Origin: a virus
Taxonomy: Duplodnaviria; Caudoviricetes
Direction: 5' to 3' (one strand)
Length of the DNA: 34,178 bases
Virus record (IMG/VR): IMGVR_UViG_3300048599_000724
Coordinates: 1-34,178 of that record
The notes beneath the pieces were generated by a model. That model ran no database searches. It saw nothing but the letters and a program-made list of their open reading frames with translations, and was not told where the DNA came from. Position numbers and translations under genes: made by a program. Below, one piece after another: positions 1 to 9,124 of the stretch (position 1 is the stretch's first letter; every line of letters begins with the position of its first letter).

Positions 1-249
1 ATGTCGAAAAAAGCACTTACCCCGGCCCAGGTTCGCGAGCGTCTGCGGAGAAACGGACAGACGCTCACTCAGTGGGCGGCCGAACGCGGCTATGACCGCA
101 AGGCGGTCTACCGCGTCATGGCGGGTCAGGACAAAGGCCACTATGGCCGCTCCCACGAAATCGCTGTCGCGCTCGGCCTCAAGGTGCCCGATGTGGAGCC
201 TAGCACCGCCGACTCGGCAGGCAATACGCGCGTGGCGCGGGCGGCGTAG
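1..249 (+). CDS. Ner-like / BcepMu gp16-family DNA-binding protein
   Basis: LTPAQVRERLRRNGQTLTQWAAERGY...VYRV...G..GRSHEIAVALGLK signature; first gene of early operon. Confidence 0.85.
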   Translation: MSKKALTPAQVRERLRRNGQTLTQWAAERGYDRKAVYRVMAGQDKGHYGRSHEIAVALGLKVPDVEPSTADSAGNTRVARAA

Positions 250-251
250 AT

Positions 252-686
252 ATGAGCCGGCGCGACATCGCAACGGGCGACCTGTTCGCCGTGCCGACGC
301 CCGCGGCGCCGTTGCCGGGGTCGATGGACTTTCGCGCGACGCTGAGCCACCTCACCAGCGAAATGCTTCGCGCCGCCGGAGTCGATCGCCACGAGATCGC
401 CGCGACGTGCAGCCGACTCACCGGCAAGGACGTCAGCAAATACATGCTCGACGGCTACACAGCTGAAAGCCGAGAAGAGTTCAACCTGCCGCTGTGGCTT
501 GTACCGGCGCTGGAAACAGCATGCCGGTCTCACGACCTCGCCAACTGGCTCGCCGGTGTGCGCGGTGGCCGGTTGCTGATCGGTCGCGAAGCGCTCGCTG
601 CGGAACTCGGCCGCATCACCCGGCAGCGGCAGGAACTGGCCGACCAGGAGCGCGCGCTTAAGGATCAGATGCGGAGGTCGCGATGA
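252..686 (+). CDS. conserved early protein of B3-like transposable phages (possible CII-like regulator)
   Basis: 144-aa ORF between ner and transposase, phage-like codon usage, C-terminal coiled coil; ATGA overlap with next gene. Confidence 0.6.
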   Translation: MSRRDIATGDLFAVPTPAAPLPGSMDFRATLSHLTSEMLRAAGVDRHEIAATCSRLTGKDVSKYMLDGYTAESREEFNLPLWLVPALETACRSHDLANWLAGVRGGRLLIGREALAAELGRITRQRQELADQERALKDQMRRSR

Positions 687-910
687 GCGCGCGCCGCGTC
701 TCCGCCGAGCGACTGTTCGGCTTTGCGATGTTCGTCGCATCACGACGCTCGCCGATCCATGTGCGGGAAGTAGCGCGAGAGACCGGCTACTCGCTATCCA
801 ACACCTATCGCCTTCTTAACCACCTACAGCAGCACGTCGCATTCGACATTCGCGACGGCTTCGTCACGGTGCGTCGCCCAGTCGCCGCGAAGGAGCTTGC
901 TCATGGCTGA
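683..910 (+). CDS. small winged-HTH (IclR-like) DNA-binding protein
   Basis: PIHVREVARETGYSLSNTYRLLNHL helix-turn-helix pattern; coupled to neighbours. Confidence 0.7.
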   Translation: MSARRVSAERLFGFAMFVASRRSPIHVREVARETGYSLSNTYRLLNHLQQHVAFDIRDGFVTVRRPVAAKELAHG

Positions 911-2873
911 CGGCGCGACGCTTCATGCACCGCAGTGGTACGGCGCAAGGCAAATTGCCGATACCGTCGGCGTGACAAAACGAGCCATCGAGCAGCGCGC
1001 TGTTCGCGAAGGTTGGCAGTCACGCCCCCGAGCTGGCCGCGGCGGCGGCAGCGAATACGCGCTTGCCAGCCTTCCCGCTACGACGCAGGCGGCTTTGCTG
1101 CTGCGCCACCAGCCGCCGGTCGTAGCAAGCGCTCCGCAACGTCGTGGTGCGCAACGCCTGACCGACGAGCAGCGCCAATCTGCGTGGTCGCGCTATGAGC
1201 GCCTGCCCGACAACCTCAAGGCGACGGCGCAGCGGCGTTTACGCGCGCTGAACTCCGTCGAAGCCCTCCTGTTGCTCGGCCAACCGCTGATGGCCGCGCG
1301 CGCCGCCGTGGCGGCTGAGCTGCAGCGCGAGGGTCTGCGCGGCGCCAGCTCGCCGAGCATCGCGCGGTGGCAGGCCGACGTCGCTGGCGCATCGCGCAAC
1401 GACTGGTTGGCTTTGCTGGCGCCGGCCTACGTCGGCCGCATCGTCACAGCCAGCATCGAGCCCGAGGCATGGGAGCTGTTCAAGGCCGACTACCTGCGCC
1501 TGGAACAGCCGTCGGCGACGAGCTGCTACGACCGCCTGCGTCGTATCGCGGCGCAGCGCGGTTGGACGCTGCCTGCGCTGCGGACGTTCGTGCGCCGTCT
1601 GGAACGCGAGATTGCGCGCCCGGTGCTGGTGCTCGCCCGCGAAGGCGAAGAAGCGCTAATGCGCCTCTATCCGGCGCAGGAGCGCGACCGCAGTCATTTC
1701 GCGGCGGTGGAAGGCGTTAACGCCGACGGTCACCGCTTCGACGTGTTCGTGCGCTTCCCGGACGGTGAAATCGGTCGGCCTTGCCTGATCGGCTGGCAGG
1801 ACTTGAGCAGCGGCAAGCTGCTCGGCTACCGGCTGTGCGATCACGAGTCGAGCGACGCGGTGCGCCTGTCGCTGTGCGACGTCGTCACGACGTACGGCAT
1901 CCCGGCGCACGCATGGCTCGACAACGGCCGCGCGTTCGCCGCGAAGTGGATGACCGGCGGCACGCCGAACCGCTACCGCTTCAAGGTCCGCGAGGAAGAC
2001 CCGGTCGGCATCATGGTGGGCCTTGGCATCCAGGTGCACTGGGTCACGCCGTACCACGGCCAGGCCAAGCCCATCGAACGCGCCTGGCGCGACCTGTGCG
2101 ACCGCATCGCGAAGCATCCGACCTGCGCAGGCGCTTACACCGGCAACAACCCCACGGCGAAGCCAGAGAACTACGGCAGCACCGCAGTCGCGTGGGACAC
2201 CTTCGAGGCCCTCGTCGCCGACGAGATTGCGCAGCACAACGCGCGGCTCGGTCGTCGCGGCGGATCGTGCGCTGGCCGATCTTTCGATCAGGTGTTCGCC
2301 GAAGGGTACGCGCGTGCCACGGTGCGCAAGGCCAGCGCGGAGCAGCTTCGTACGCTGCTGCTCGCCGCCGAGGCGGTGACCGCGAACGCCGAAAACGGCA
2401 GCGTGCACCTGGCCGGCAATCGCTACTGGTGCGAGGCGCTATCTCCCTACGCCGGGCAGAAGGTCGTTCTGCGCTTCGACCCGCGTAGCCTGCATACCAG
2501 CGTCAGCGTCTACGCGCTCGACGGTCGCTTCATCGCCGAAGCCGAGTGCATCGCCGCCGTCGGCTTCGCCGACACGAACGCGGCGCGTGAACACGCGCGA
2601 GAAACGAAACGTTTCCGGCGCGCCACGAAGGACGCGTTGAAGGCCGAGCGTCGCATGGCAGCCGCACAGGTTGTCGCGCAGTTGCCGGCGACGCCGCCGG
2701 CCGAGCTTCCGCCTGCCGCCGCTATCGCGCCGATCTTCGGCAAGCACGGCGCGAAGCCGGCGCCGCCTATCGAGCGCGAGCTGGCGCGCACCGGGACCGA
2801 CGACGGCAAAGAACACGACTTGAACGAATTCCTGAAACGCATTCAGGACAAGCGGCTGCGCGAGCAGCTTTGA
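903..2873 (+). CDS. Mu-like DDE transposase A
   Basis: N-terminal Mu DNA-binding domain (WQSRPRAGRGGGSEYALASLP); catalytic motifs NADGH, WLDNGRAF, KPIERAW; Mu C-terminal domain (VVLRFDP); AAGGAG upstream of ATG 903. Confidence 0.95.
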   Translation: MADGATLHAPQWYGARQIADTVGVTKRAIEQRAVREGWQSRPRAGRGGGSEYALASLPATTQAALLLRHQPPVVASAPQRRGAQRLTDEQRQSAWSRYERLPDNLKATAQRRLRALNSVEALLLLGQPLMAARAAVAAELQREGLRGASSPSIARWQADVAGASRNDWLALLAPAYVGRIVTASIEPEAWELFKADYLRLEQPSATSCYDRLRRIAAQRGWTLPALRTFVRRLEREIARPVLVLAREGEEALMRLYPAQERDRSHFAAVEGVNADGHRFDVFVRFPDGEIGRPCLIGWQDLSSGKLLGYRLCDHESSDAVRLSLCDVVTTYGIPAHAWLDNGRAFAAKWMTGGTPNRYRFKVREEDPVGIMVGLGIQVHWVTPYHGQAKPIERAWRDLCDRIAKHPTCAGAYTGNNPTAKPENYGSTAVAWDTFEALVADEIAQHNARLGRRGGSCAGRSFDQVFAEGYARATVRKASAEQLRTLLLAAEAVTANAENGSVHLAGNRYWCEALSPYAGQKVVLRFDPRSLHTSVSVYALDGRFIAEAECIAAVGFADTNAAREHARETKRFRRATKDALKAERRMAAAQVVAQLPATPPAELPPAAAIAPIFGKHGAKPAPPIERELARTGTDDGKEHDLNEFLKRIQDKRLREQL

Positions 2874-2877
2874 CAGT

Positions 2878-2907
2878 GCCCTGGCGCCGCGCCAACGGCG
2901 CCAGGGC
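2878..2907 (+). other. perfect 12-bp GC hairpin between transposase A and B
   Basis: GCCCTGGCGCCG-cgccaa-CGGCGCCAGGGC; no U-tract. Confidence 0.6.
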
Positions 2908-2950
2908 GGGTGACTGACCACGCGAAATGACCAATCAAGGATCACTGTAC

Positions 2951-3922
2951 ATGAGCACGACCAACGTAGCCTATTTGCAAGCCGGCACCGACGACGGCGC
3001 CCCCGACGTGCGCGGCCAACTGCGCGCGCTGATGGATTCCGATCGCCGGCTGTCGCAGGCGCGGATCGCGAAAGAAGCCGGTATCTCGTCCACCGCGATC
3101 AGCCAGTGGCTGAGCGGCACGTACGGCGGCGACAACGCCGCCGTCGAGGCGAAGATTCTGCGCTGGATCGACACCACGCACGCGCAGCGCGCCGTGCAGG
3201 AACGCCTTCCGTCCGCACCGGACTATGTCGAGACGCCGACGGCCGAGCGTGTCATCGGTGCACTGCGCTACGCGCAGGTCGCAGGCGACATCGCCGTCGT
3301 CTACGGCGGCGCGGGCCTCGGCAAAACGACGGGCATTCGCCAGTACAGCAAGTCGGCGCCGAATGTGTGGGTAGCGACGATGACGCCCGCATCGGCAAGC
3401 GTCGTGACGGCGCTCGAAGAAATCGCGGATGCGGTCGGCGCCGGTAACGTCGGCGGCGGTGCGGCGCGGCTGCACAAGGCGATCTGCAAGCGCGTGGTCG
3501 ACACGAACGGCCTGCTCGTCGTCGACGAGGCGCAGCACCTGTCCGTGCAGGCGCTCGACCAGATTCGCGGCATCCACGACGCCACCGGCATCGGCATCGC
3601 GCTCGTCGGCAACGAACAGGTATACGCGCGCATGACCGGCGGCAATCGTGCCGCATTCCTCGACCGCCTGTTCTCGCGCATCGGCAAGAAGGTACGCCTG
3701 GTGCGCTCCACGCAGGCCGACATTCAGGCCGTGCTGCGCGCGTGGGCGATCGACGACAGCGCGTGCGCCACGCAGCTCATGGAAATCGCATCAAAGCCCG
3801 GTGGTCTGCGCGGACTGACGAAGGTGCTACGCCTGGGCTCGATGTACGCGTCGGCCGCGAACCGCGCGCTGTGCTGCGACGACGTGCGCGCCGCGTGGCG
3901 CGAACTCGGCGGCGTGGAGTAG
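2951..3922 (+). CDS. MuB-like AAA+ transposition ATPase with N-terminal HTH
   Basis: HTH LSQARIAKEAGISSTAISQWL; Walker A GGAGLGKT; Walker B LLVVDEAQ; follows transposase (alternative start 2927). Confidence 0.95.
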   Translation: MSTTNVAYLQAGTDDGAPDVRGQLRALMDSDRRLSQARIAKEAGISSTAISQWLSGTYGGDNAAVEAKILRWIDTTHAQRAVQERLPSAPDYVETPTAERVIGALRYAQVAGDIAVVYGGAGLGKTTGIRQYSKSAPNVWVATMTPASASVVTALEEIADAVGAGNVGGGAARLHKAICKRVVDTNGLLVVDEAQHLSVQALDQIRGIHDATGIGIALVGNEQVYARMTGGNRAAFLDRLFSRIGKKVRLVRSTQADIQAVLRAWAIDDSACATQLMEIASKPGGLRGLTKVLRLGSMYASAANRALCCDDVRAAWRELGGVE

Positions 3923-3939
3923 CTAACGGAGCGCACGCC

Positions 3940-4266
3940 ATGACGACGATCGACGATTGCCTCGAAGCCTCACGTCTCCTCGCGGTTGCCAAGGCCAAAG
4001 ACAGCATCCGAGAGAAGCAGAAAGAGGCGCGCTACTTCGAGCTGCTCGCGAAGGCGAGCGAGCTGCGCGCGCAAGCGTATGAGGCTGAAGCGGCGGCGCT
4101 CGGGACTATGCCGAACTATGCGCGCGCCACTACGAACGGGAAGGACGCTTCGCAGTACAGAGGCATGGCAGTCAGCGCTCGCGAGAACGCGCAGGCGTAC
4201 GCGAAATTAGGCGCAACGGCTCGCGTCGAGCTGCGATGCCTTCGACGAACAGGCTATCCGTGGTGA
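3940..4266 (+). CDS. hypothetical early protein (108 aa, alpha-helical)
   Basis: GGAG then ATG 3940; fills gap in operon; GTGA overlap with next ORF. Confidence 0.6.
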   Translation: MTTIDDCLEASRLLAVAKAKDSIREKQKEARYFELLAKASELRAQAYEAEAAALGTMPNYARATTNGKDASQYRGMAVSARENAQAYAKLGATARVELRCLRRTGYPW

Positions 4267-4733
4267 AGCGCCGTCGTCACCACGAATACCTCGCACGTCT
4301 CATGCGATTCGTCGTCTGGATGCTGATTTGGGAAGCGCAACACAAGACGCCGCCGCGCGCGCGCGACATCGCTGACGCGCACGGCGTGCACATGAACACG
4401 GCCACCTCCTGGCGACGTCACTGGTACGACGCACGCCGCTTGATGCATCAGCTTAGGGGAATTAAACAAGTGGATACTGTTACTTTTCGCCTCGACCCGG
4501 ATCGCCTCTCCGCCGCAGGCAAGCAAATCCTGCAGACGATGACTGCAATCCAGAACGAACAGGGCTACCCGTCCGCTGAAGTGGTCGGTATCGCGCTCTA
4601 CGTTGTCGGCTCAGCGCTTGCGCAAATCGGCGCGGTCATTCCGGCGGACGGCCTCATCGACAAGCATCTCGGTGCGCTGCTCGAAGGTTACCGCGACAGC
4701 TTCAAGACCCTCTCCAGGCAGAACGCGAACTAA
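4263..4733 (+). CDS. hypothetical protein with N-terminal HTH
   Basis: TPPRARDIADAHGVHMNTATSWRR HTH-like segment; GTG 4263 overlaps upstream stop (ORF open from 4236). Confidence 0.55.
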   Translation: MKRRRHHEYLARLMRFVVWMLIWEAQHKTPPRARDIADAHGVHMNTATSWRRHWYDARRLMHQLRGIKQVDTVTFRLDPDRLSAAGKQILQTMTAIQNEQGYPSAEVVGIALYVVGSALAQIGAVIPADGLIDKHLGALLEGYRDSFKTLSRQNAN

Positions 4734-4746
4734 GCAGGAGACACGC

Positions 4747-5055
4747 ATGAACGCAACTTTTCCCGCGCAGGTAACCAGCATCAGCAACATCGCGAACGAT
4801 CGCATGCGTCGCGCGATGAACCTTGCCCTGGCCGAAATCTTTCGTCTCGAAGGCCGCGCGACCGTCGTCGCCGTCGAAGTCGTCAGCGAGCGTCCCGTGC
4901 TGACCATCGACCAGCCCATCGCGCTGCCGGGCGCGCACTACATCACCCGGTCCATCGATGGCCGCCGCTCGACGGTGTGGGTCGCGCAGGACGGCGGCTG
5001 CCAGATCGAGTGCGACTCGCCGCAGCCGCTGCCTGCCGTGGCGGGGCGGCGCTGA
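4747..5055 (+). CDS. hypothetical early protein (102 aa)
   Basis: Strong SD GCAGGAG then ATG 4747. Confidence 0.7.
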   Translation: MNATFPAQVTSISNIANDRMRRAMNLALAEIFRLEGRATVVAVEVVSERPVLTIDQPIALPGAHYITRSIDGRRSTVWVAQDGGCQIECDSPQPLPAVAGRR

Positions 5056-5174
5056 TGGAAGACGAAGACGAACTGTCACCGTGGATCGGCGAGCTGTATC
5101 GCGACGTGCTCGCCGATCTTCGCCGAATCCCGCACGAAACCGACACATCCAAGGATGCATCGCATGAGCACTGA
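5055..5174 (+). CDS. small acidic hypothetical protein (39 aa)
   Basis: TGATG coupling at 5053-5057; MEDEDELSPWIGELYRDVLADLRR. Confidence 0.45.
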   Translation: MEDEDELSPWIGELYRDVLADLRRIPHETDTSKDASHEH

Positions 5175-5778
5175 AACCACACCGGCCGGCTACCGCACGG
5201 ATGCGCGCGGCCGGCTCATTCCTGAAGGCCAGATCAAATCGATCGACCGTGCGCGCGACGACCTGGTGTACGAACTGGTCGCCGCCGCGCGCGACGTCAG
5301 TGACACGCTCGCGACGTTCAAACGCAAGGCGTTCGACGACATCGCCGCGTTCGTCGAGATGAGCGCCAACGAATACGGCGTTCGCCTCGGCGGCAACAAG
5401 GGCAACGTCTCGCTGCTGTCGTTCGACGGCCGCTATCGCGTGCAGCGCGCGATGGCCGAATCGATCGTGTTCGACGAGCGTTTGCAGGCGGCAAAATCCC
5501 TCATCGACGAATGCCTTCGCGACTGGACGGAAGGCGCACGCAGCGAGCTGCGCACGCTGATCGGTGACGCCTTCCGCGTCGATCAGGCAGGCAACATCCG
5601 CACCGGCAGCGTGCTGGCGCTGCGTCGCCTCGACATCAATGACGAGCGCTGGCTGCGCGCCATGCAGGCGATCGGCGACGCCGTGCAGGTTGTCGGCTCG
5701 AAAGCGTACGTGCGCGTGTACGAGCGCGACGCGAACGGCCAGTACCAGCCGATCGGCCTCGACATCACGGCGGTCTGA
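5164..5778 (+). CDS. DUF3164 family protein
   Basis: PAGYRTDARGRLIPE..IKSIDRARD, GGNKGNVSLLSFDG, FDERLQAAKSLIDECL motifs typical of DUF3164 in Mu-like phages. Confidence 0.88.
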   Translation: MSTETTPAGYRTDARGRLIPEGQIKSIDRARDDLVYELVAAARDVSDTLATFKRKAFDDIAAFVEMSANEYGVRLGGNKGNVSLLSFDGRYRVQRAMAESIVFDERLQAAKSLIDECLRDWTEGARSELRTLIGDAFRVDQAGNIRTGSVLALRRLDINDERWLRAMQAIGDAVQVVGSKAYVRVYERDANGQYQPIGLDITAV

Positions 5779-5779
5779 C

Positions 5780-6484
5780 ATGGACAAGACCACCGACAAC
5801 ACTGCCGAACGGGAACGGATTCTTCGCAAGGTCCGCGCGTGTTTGCGCCTCGCCGCGTCGCCGAATCACGCCGAGGCCGCAGCGGCGTTGCGCCAGGCAC
5901 GCAAGCTGATGGACGAGCACGGCCTGAGCGAGGCCGATGCGCTCGCGAGCGACGTTCGCCATGCGGACGCGACGACGCGACAGCGCGGCGCCAAGCCGCC
6001 GTCGTCGTTGATCGACCTCGTGCACCTGGTCGCGGCGACGTTTCGATGCCAGCCGATCCTTCGGTCGGATGGCGGCAAGACCACCATCCGCTTCTTCGGC
6101 GTCGACGCCGACGCCGAGGTCGCCGCCTACGCGTTCGTGGTCCTGCGCCGGCAGCTCGAAAAGGACAAGGCACACCATACGCGTCGCGTGCGCAAGCGCG
6201 TCGTCAAAGAGCAGCGCGGCGAGGCGTTTGCACGCGGCTGGGTCGCGGCCGTCGACGCCCAGCAGCCACCGAGCATCGGCGACGAATCGCGACAGGCGCG
6301 GATCGAGGCGGCGATCGCTGCGCGCCACGGCAAGCTCCAGACGACGGCCGGTCGCGAAATCGGCGCGAACACGCGCACGGCGAACAGCGACGCCGTCGCC
6401 GGCTGGCTCGCCGGTAAGCGCGCGCGCGTCAATCCGGGCGTCGGCACCAGCGGGCCGCGGTTGCTCGAAGGCGGTGCAGGATGA
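5780..6484 (+). CDS. DUF2786 domain protein
   Basis: ILRKVRACLRLAASPNHAEAAAALRQARKLMDEHGL N-terminal signature. Confidence 0.88.
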   Translation: MDKTTDNTAERERILRKVRACLRLAASPNHAEAAAALRQARKLMDEHGLSEADALASDVRHADATTRQRGAKPPSSLIDLVHLVAATFRCQPILRSDGGKTTIRFFGVDADAEVAAYAFVVLRRQLEKDKAHHTRRVRKRVVKEQRGEAFARGWVAAVDAQQPPSIGDESRQARIEAAIAARHGKLQTTAGREIGANTRTANSDAVAGWLAGKRARVNPGVGTSGPRLLEGGAG

Positions 6485-7119
6485 CCGCACGGAATTCCGC
6501 CACGGCCGACCAGCGCAGGCGCGACCTTGCGGCGATCCACGTCGCGCGGCAACAGCTCGCGATGGACGACGATGCCTATCGCGCGTTGCTCGTCCGCGTG
6601 TCGGCGACGTGCGGCACGAGCTGCCGCAGCAGCGCCGATCTGACGGCACGACAGCGTGCCGCCGTCCTCGACGAAATGCGACGGCTCGGCGCGCAACGGC
6701 CGGCGAAGGATGGCGTGCGTGCGGGCGTCTATCCCGGCAAGCCGCACAACGCCGACGGCGCGCGCGCCGAGCAGATCGCGAAGATCGAAGCGCAGCTCGC
6801 GGACATAAAGGTGTCGTGGTCGTACGCGAACGCGATTGCGAAGCGCATGTTCGGCATCGCGCGCATCGCGTGGCTACGCAAGCAGGAGCAGCTCGCCGCG
6901 ATCATTGCCGCGCTGCACGTCGAGCAGGAGAAGCGTCAGCTCAACGACGCAATCGACGCTCTGTTGCGCACGCTCGCGTGGGAGCCGGAGCGCGTGGTCA
7001 ACCTGCTCGGGCCGCTGCGCCCGAACTGGCGTCGGCACCGCGCGTCGTTGAAATTAGTCCGCGATTTTCTCGTCGCGCAGGTCGACCTGCGCGACACCCA
7101 GGCAGCAGGAGGGTCGTGA
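6481..7119 (+). CDS. gemA: GemA (Mu gp16 / DUF1018) family regulatory protein
   Basis: LAAIHVARQQLAMDDDAYRALL...SSADLT signature; position in early region. Confidence 0.9.
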   Translation: MTARNSATADQRRRDLAAIHVARQQLAMDDDAYRALLVRVSATCGTSCRSSADLTARQRAAVLDEMRRLGAQRPAKDGVRAGVYPGKPHNADGARAEQIAKIEAQLADIKVSWSYANAIAKRMFGIARIAWLRKQEQLAAIIAALHVEQEKRQLNDAIDALLRTLAWEPERVVNLLGPLRPNWRRHRASLKLVRDFLVAQVDLRDTQAAGGS

Positions 7120-7313
7120 TGCACGAGTTCGATATCGAAGAGCGAAAATCCGCGTTTCAGGACGTTTGGCGGCGAAAGTTCGTCGACGACGTCTCGCGCA
7201 TGCCGCCGAACCTGCAAGGAATGATTCACGAGCTGGTCAAGCGCGCGTTCAACGCTGGCACAAACTGGGAACGTCGCAAGAGCGAACCTATGCAACTCGG
7301 TGGTTGTGACTAG
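7119..7313 (+). CDS. hypothetical protein (64 aa)
   Basis: GGAGG SD and TGATG coupling to gemA. Confidence 0.55.
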   Translation: MHEFDIEERKSAFQDVWRRKFVDDVSRMPPNLQGMIHELVKRAFNAGTNWERRKSEPMQLGGCD

Positions 7314-7335
7314 CATGGGGGAGCGACCGCTGAAG

Positions 7336-7878
7336 TTACGACTTCTTCTTCTTTTCGTCTGCAAGAACGACACGCAGAAATCGCGTGAACTTACGTGGAA
7401 GTTGGGAATTTGCGTCTTTGAGAGCGGCGTGTGTTTTTATGAAATTCTCATTTGTAAACTCGGCAATTCGCTCGCAGCCAGTTCGCTGCGCAGGCATTTG
7501 AGCTTCAAGTTCGCGATGGTAGGCCATTAGACGCCCCAGCACGTCCGTCTCTAGATACACATGCATCTCCTCGCCAAACAACCACCTGACGTCCTTTATC
7601 GCATTACGAAACTCCGACTCCAGCGTTGGATTGGTGAAGTCGTGCTCGATCGTCGAATTTACGATCGCTCGCACCTCGTCGTACACGTCCACACGCCGCT
7701 CGAACAAATCGTATCTGAGCTTGCACTTGGCGAGTTCGGCCTGTCTCTTGGAGACCAACGCTTGGCGCTTTGCAACCTGAAGATTCAACCATGCCATCCA
7801 GGTGACCGCCAAGAGCGACAACAGTGCGATGCCGGCAGAAACTACCGGAGCCCAATCTTTCAAATCGGTAATTGTCAT
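7336..7878 (-). CDS. antisense moron: N-terminally membrane-anchored helical protein (180 aa)
   Basis: SD AGGGGAGA before ATG 7878; TM WAPVVSAGIALLSLLAVTWMAWL; visibly more AT-rich than flanks; opposite strand. Confidence 0.8.
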   Translation of the reverse strand: MTITDLKDWAPVVSAGIALLSLLAVTWMAWLNLQVAKRQALVSKRQAELAKCKLRYDLFERRVDVYDEVRAIVNSTIEHDFTNPTLESEFRNAIKDVRWLFGEEMHVYLETDVLGRLMAYHRELEAQMPAQRTGCERIAEFTNENFIKTHAALKDANSQLPRKFTRFLRVVLADEKKKKS

Positions 7879-7918
7879 GATCTCTCCCCTTAGTCGGTTC
7901 AATCTACACCGTTAAACA

Positions 7919-8509
7919 ATGCAGATCACCTGTCCACATTGCGACTTAGAGTTTCCGATCAGCTCCGGATTCGCTGACGGCGAAGGCAAGCGTCTCGCCG
8001 CCTTGTTCGTCGAGTTCGAGCCTAAGCTGGGTCGGGCGACATTGGCATATCTTCGGCTGTTTAAGCCTCCCAAAGCGACCCTTCGCACGTCTCGTGCCGT
8101 GAAACTGGTTCAGGCGCTGTGGGAACTTGTGTGTGCAGGTTCGGTGTGCAAAGACGAGCGCTCCGGCCTGCTTCGGCCGGCGTCGCAAGCGTTGTGGGCT
8201 GACGGCATAGATCAGATGCTCCAGGCCAGCGCCGCGCTGTCGCTGCCGCTGGAGAACCACGACCACCTGCGCGCCGTCGTGTACGGCCTCGCGGACGCGG
8301 CCGACGCGAAACGCGAGCGAGCACGTGAAGTAGACGCGCGAGCGGTACGCCAGCGCCCCGTGGGCGTGAGCCCTGCCGGACCGCCGGAAGATCGATTGCA
8401 GAACGAACTCGCGTGGCTGCGTCAGCAGGTCGGCTACGGCGCGATGGACGAGGCCGAGTACGAACGGCGCGCCGCTGAGGCGCGCGAGAAATTCGGAGGA
8501 ACCGCATGA
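7919..8509 (+). CDS. conserved Mu-like phage protein with N-terminal CxxC, upstream of mor
   Basis: MQITCPHC...YLRLFKPPK..L...RAVKL; ATGA coupling to mor. Confidence 0.7.
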   Translation: MQITCPHCDLEFPISSGFADGEGKRLAALFVEFEPKLGRATLAYLRLFKPPKATLRTSRAVKLVQALWELVCAGSVCKDERSGLLRPASQALWADGIDQMLQASAALSLPLENHDHLRAVVYGLADAADAKRERAREVDARAVRQRPVGVSPAGPPEDRLQNELAWLRQQVGYGAMDEAEYERRAAEAREKFGGTA

Positions 8510-8916
8510 ACGAGCAAGCCGAAATGCCGCTCGGTGAAGTCGGTTTGAGCGGTGCACTCGCCGCCGGCCTTGAGCCGCCCGCGGAAAAGTGGGCGCGTAC
8601 GCTCGCCGAAATGGTCGACGTGCTCGCTGCCGACCGGCGTCGCCGCGGCGAGGACGAGGACGTGGCACTCGCCGATGCGCAGCATACGGTGCTTGTCCTG
8701 GCCGAATATCAGGGTGGGCGCCAGTACTACTTGCCGCGCGGCGCCGCGCTTCGGAACGCGCTGCGCGATCGCGTGATCTACCACCAGGCCAAGCGCGGCA
8801 ACATCGACACGCTCGCGGAGCGGTACGGCATCACGACGCGGCGCGTCGAGCAGATCGTCGCCGAGCAGCATGCCATCCAAGTGCGCAGCCGGCAGGGACA
8901 GTTGTTCGCCGGCTAG
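8506..8916 (+). CDS. mor: Mor/C family transcription activator
   Basis: LAEYQGGRQYYLPRG..LRNALRDRVIY...GNIDTLAERYGITTRRVEQIV signature. Confidence 0.93.
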   Translation: MNEQAEMPLGEVGLSGALAAGLEPPAEKWARTLAEMVDVLAADRRRRGEDEDVALADAQHTVLVLAEYQGGRQYYLPRGAALRNALRDRVIYHQAKRGNIDTLAERYGITTRRVEQIVAEQHAIQVRSRQGQLFAG

Positions 8917-8960
8917 GCCATTGTGATCGTTCATCCGGCTGTGTCAGCATGCCGGCGATG

Positions 8961-8985
8961 AAGCCCGCCTCGCGCGGGCTTTTTT
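8961..8985 (+). terminator. intrinsic terminator ending early/middle operon
   Basis: AAGCCCGC-ctcgc-GCGGGCTT followed by T-run. Confidence 0.85.
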
Positions 8986-8994
8986 GTGCCTCAA

Positions 8995-9037
8995 CGAAAC
9001 CCTTCGGCCCCGACCTTGGGATGCCCGTCGCTAACGT
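8995..9037 (+). promoter_or_regulatory. putative Mor-activated late promoter for lysis operon
   Basis: Dyad CGAA-N4-TTCG motif shared 17/20 with 17660-17679; -10-like TAACGT at 9032. Confidence 0.65.
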
Positions 9038-9124
9038 GAGCGAGTGCCGATTTTGTCGGCACGCTCGCGCCGCGCAGCGCACCCCCTGTTCTGCGCGGCG
9101 CCTCATTTCACGAGGGCGTCGGTC

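Noticed and set aside
2791-2998. 16/17-nt repeat encoding GTDDG at the end of transposase A (2791-2807) and the start of B (2982-2998)
   Set aside because: Short, GC-rich and made of common codons; cannot be distinguished from chance
7300-7893. Plus-strand ORFs 7300-7530 and 7561-7893
   Set aside because: Overlap the better-supported minus-strand moron, which has an SD and TM helix
7909-7917. CCGTTAAAC matching the repeat at 17495-17503
   Set aside because: Single 9-mer; insufficient to call a shared operator
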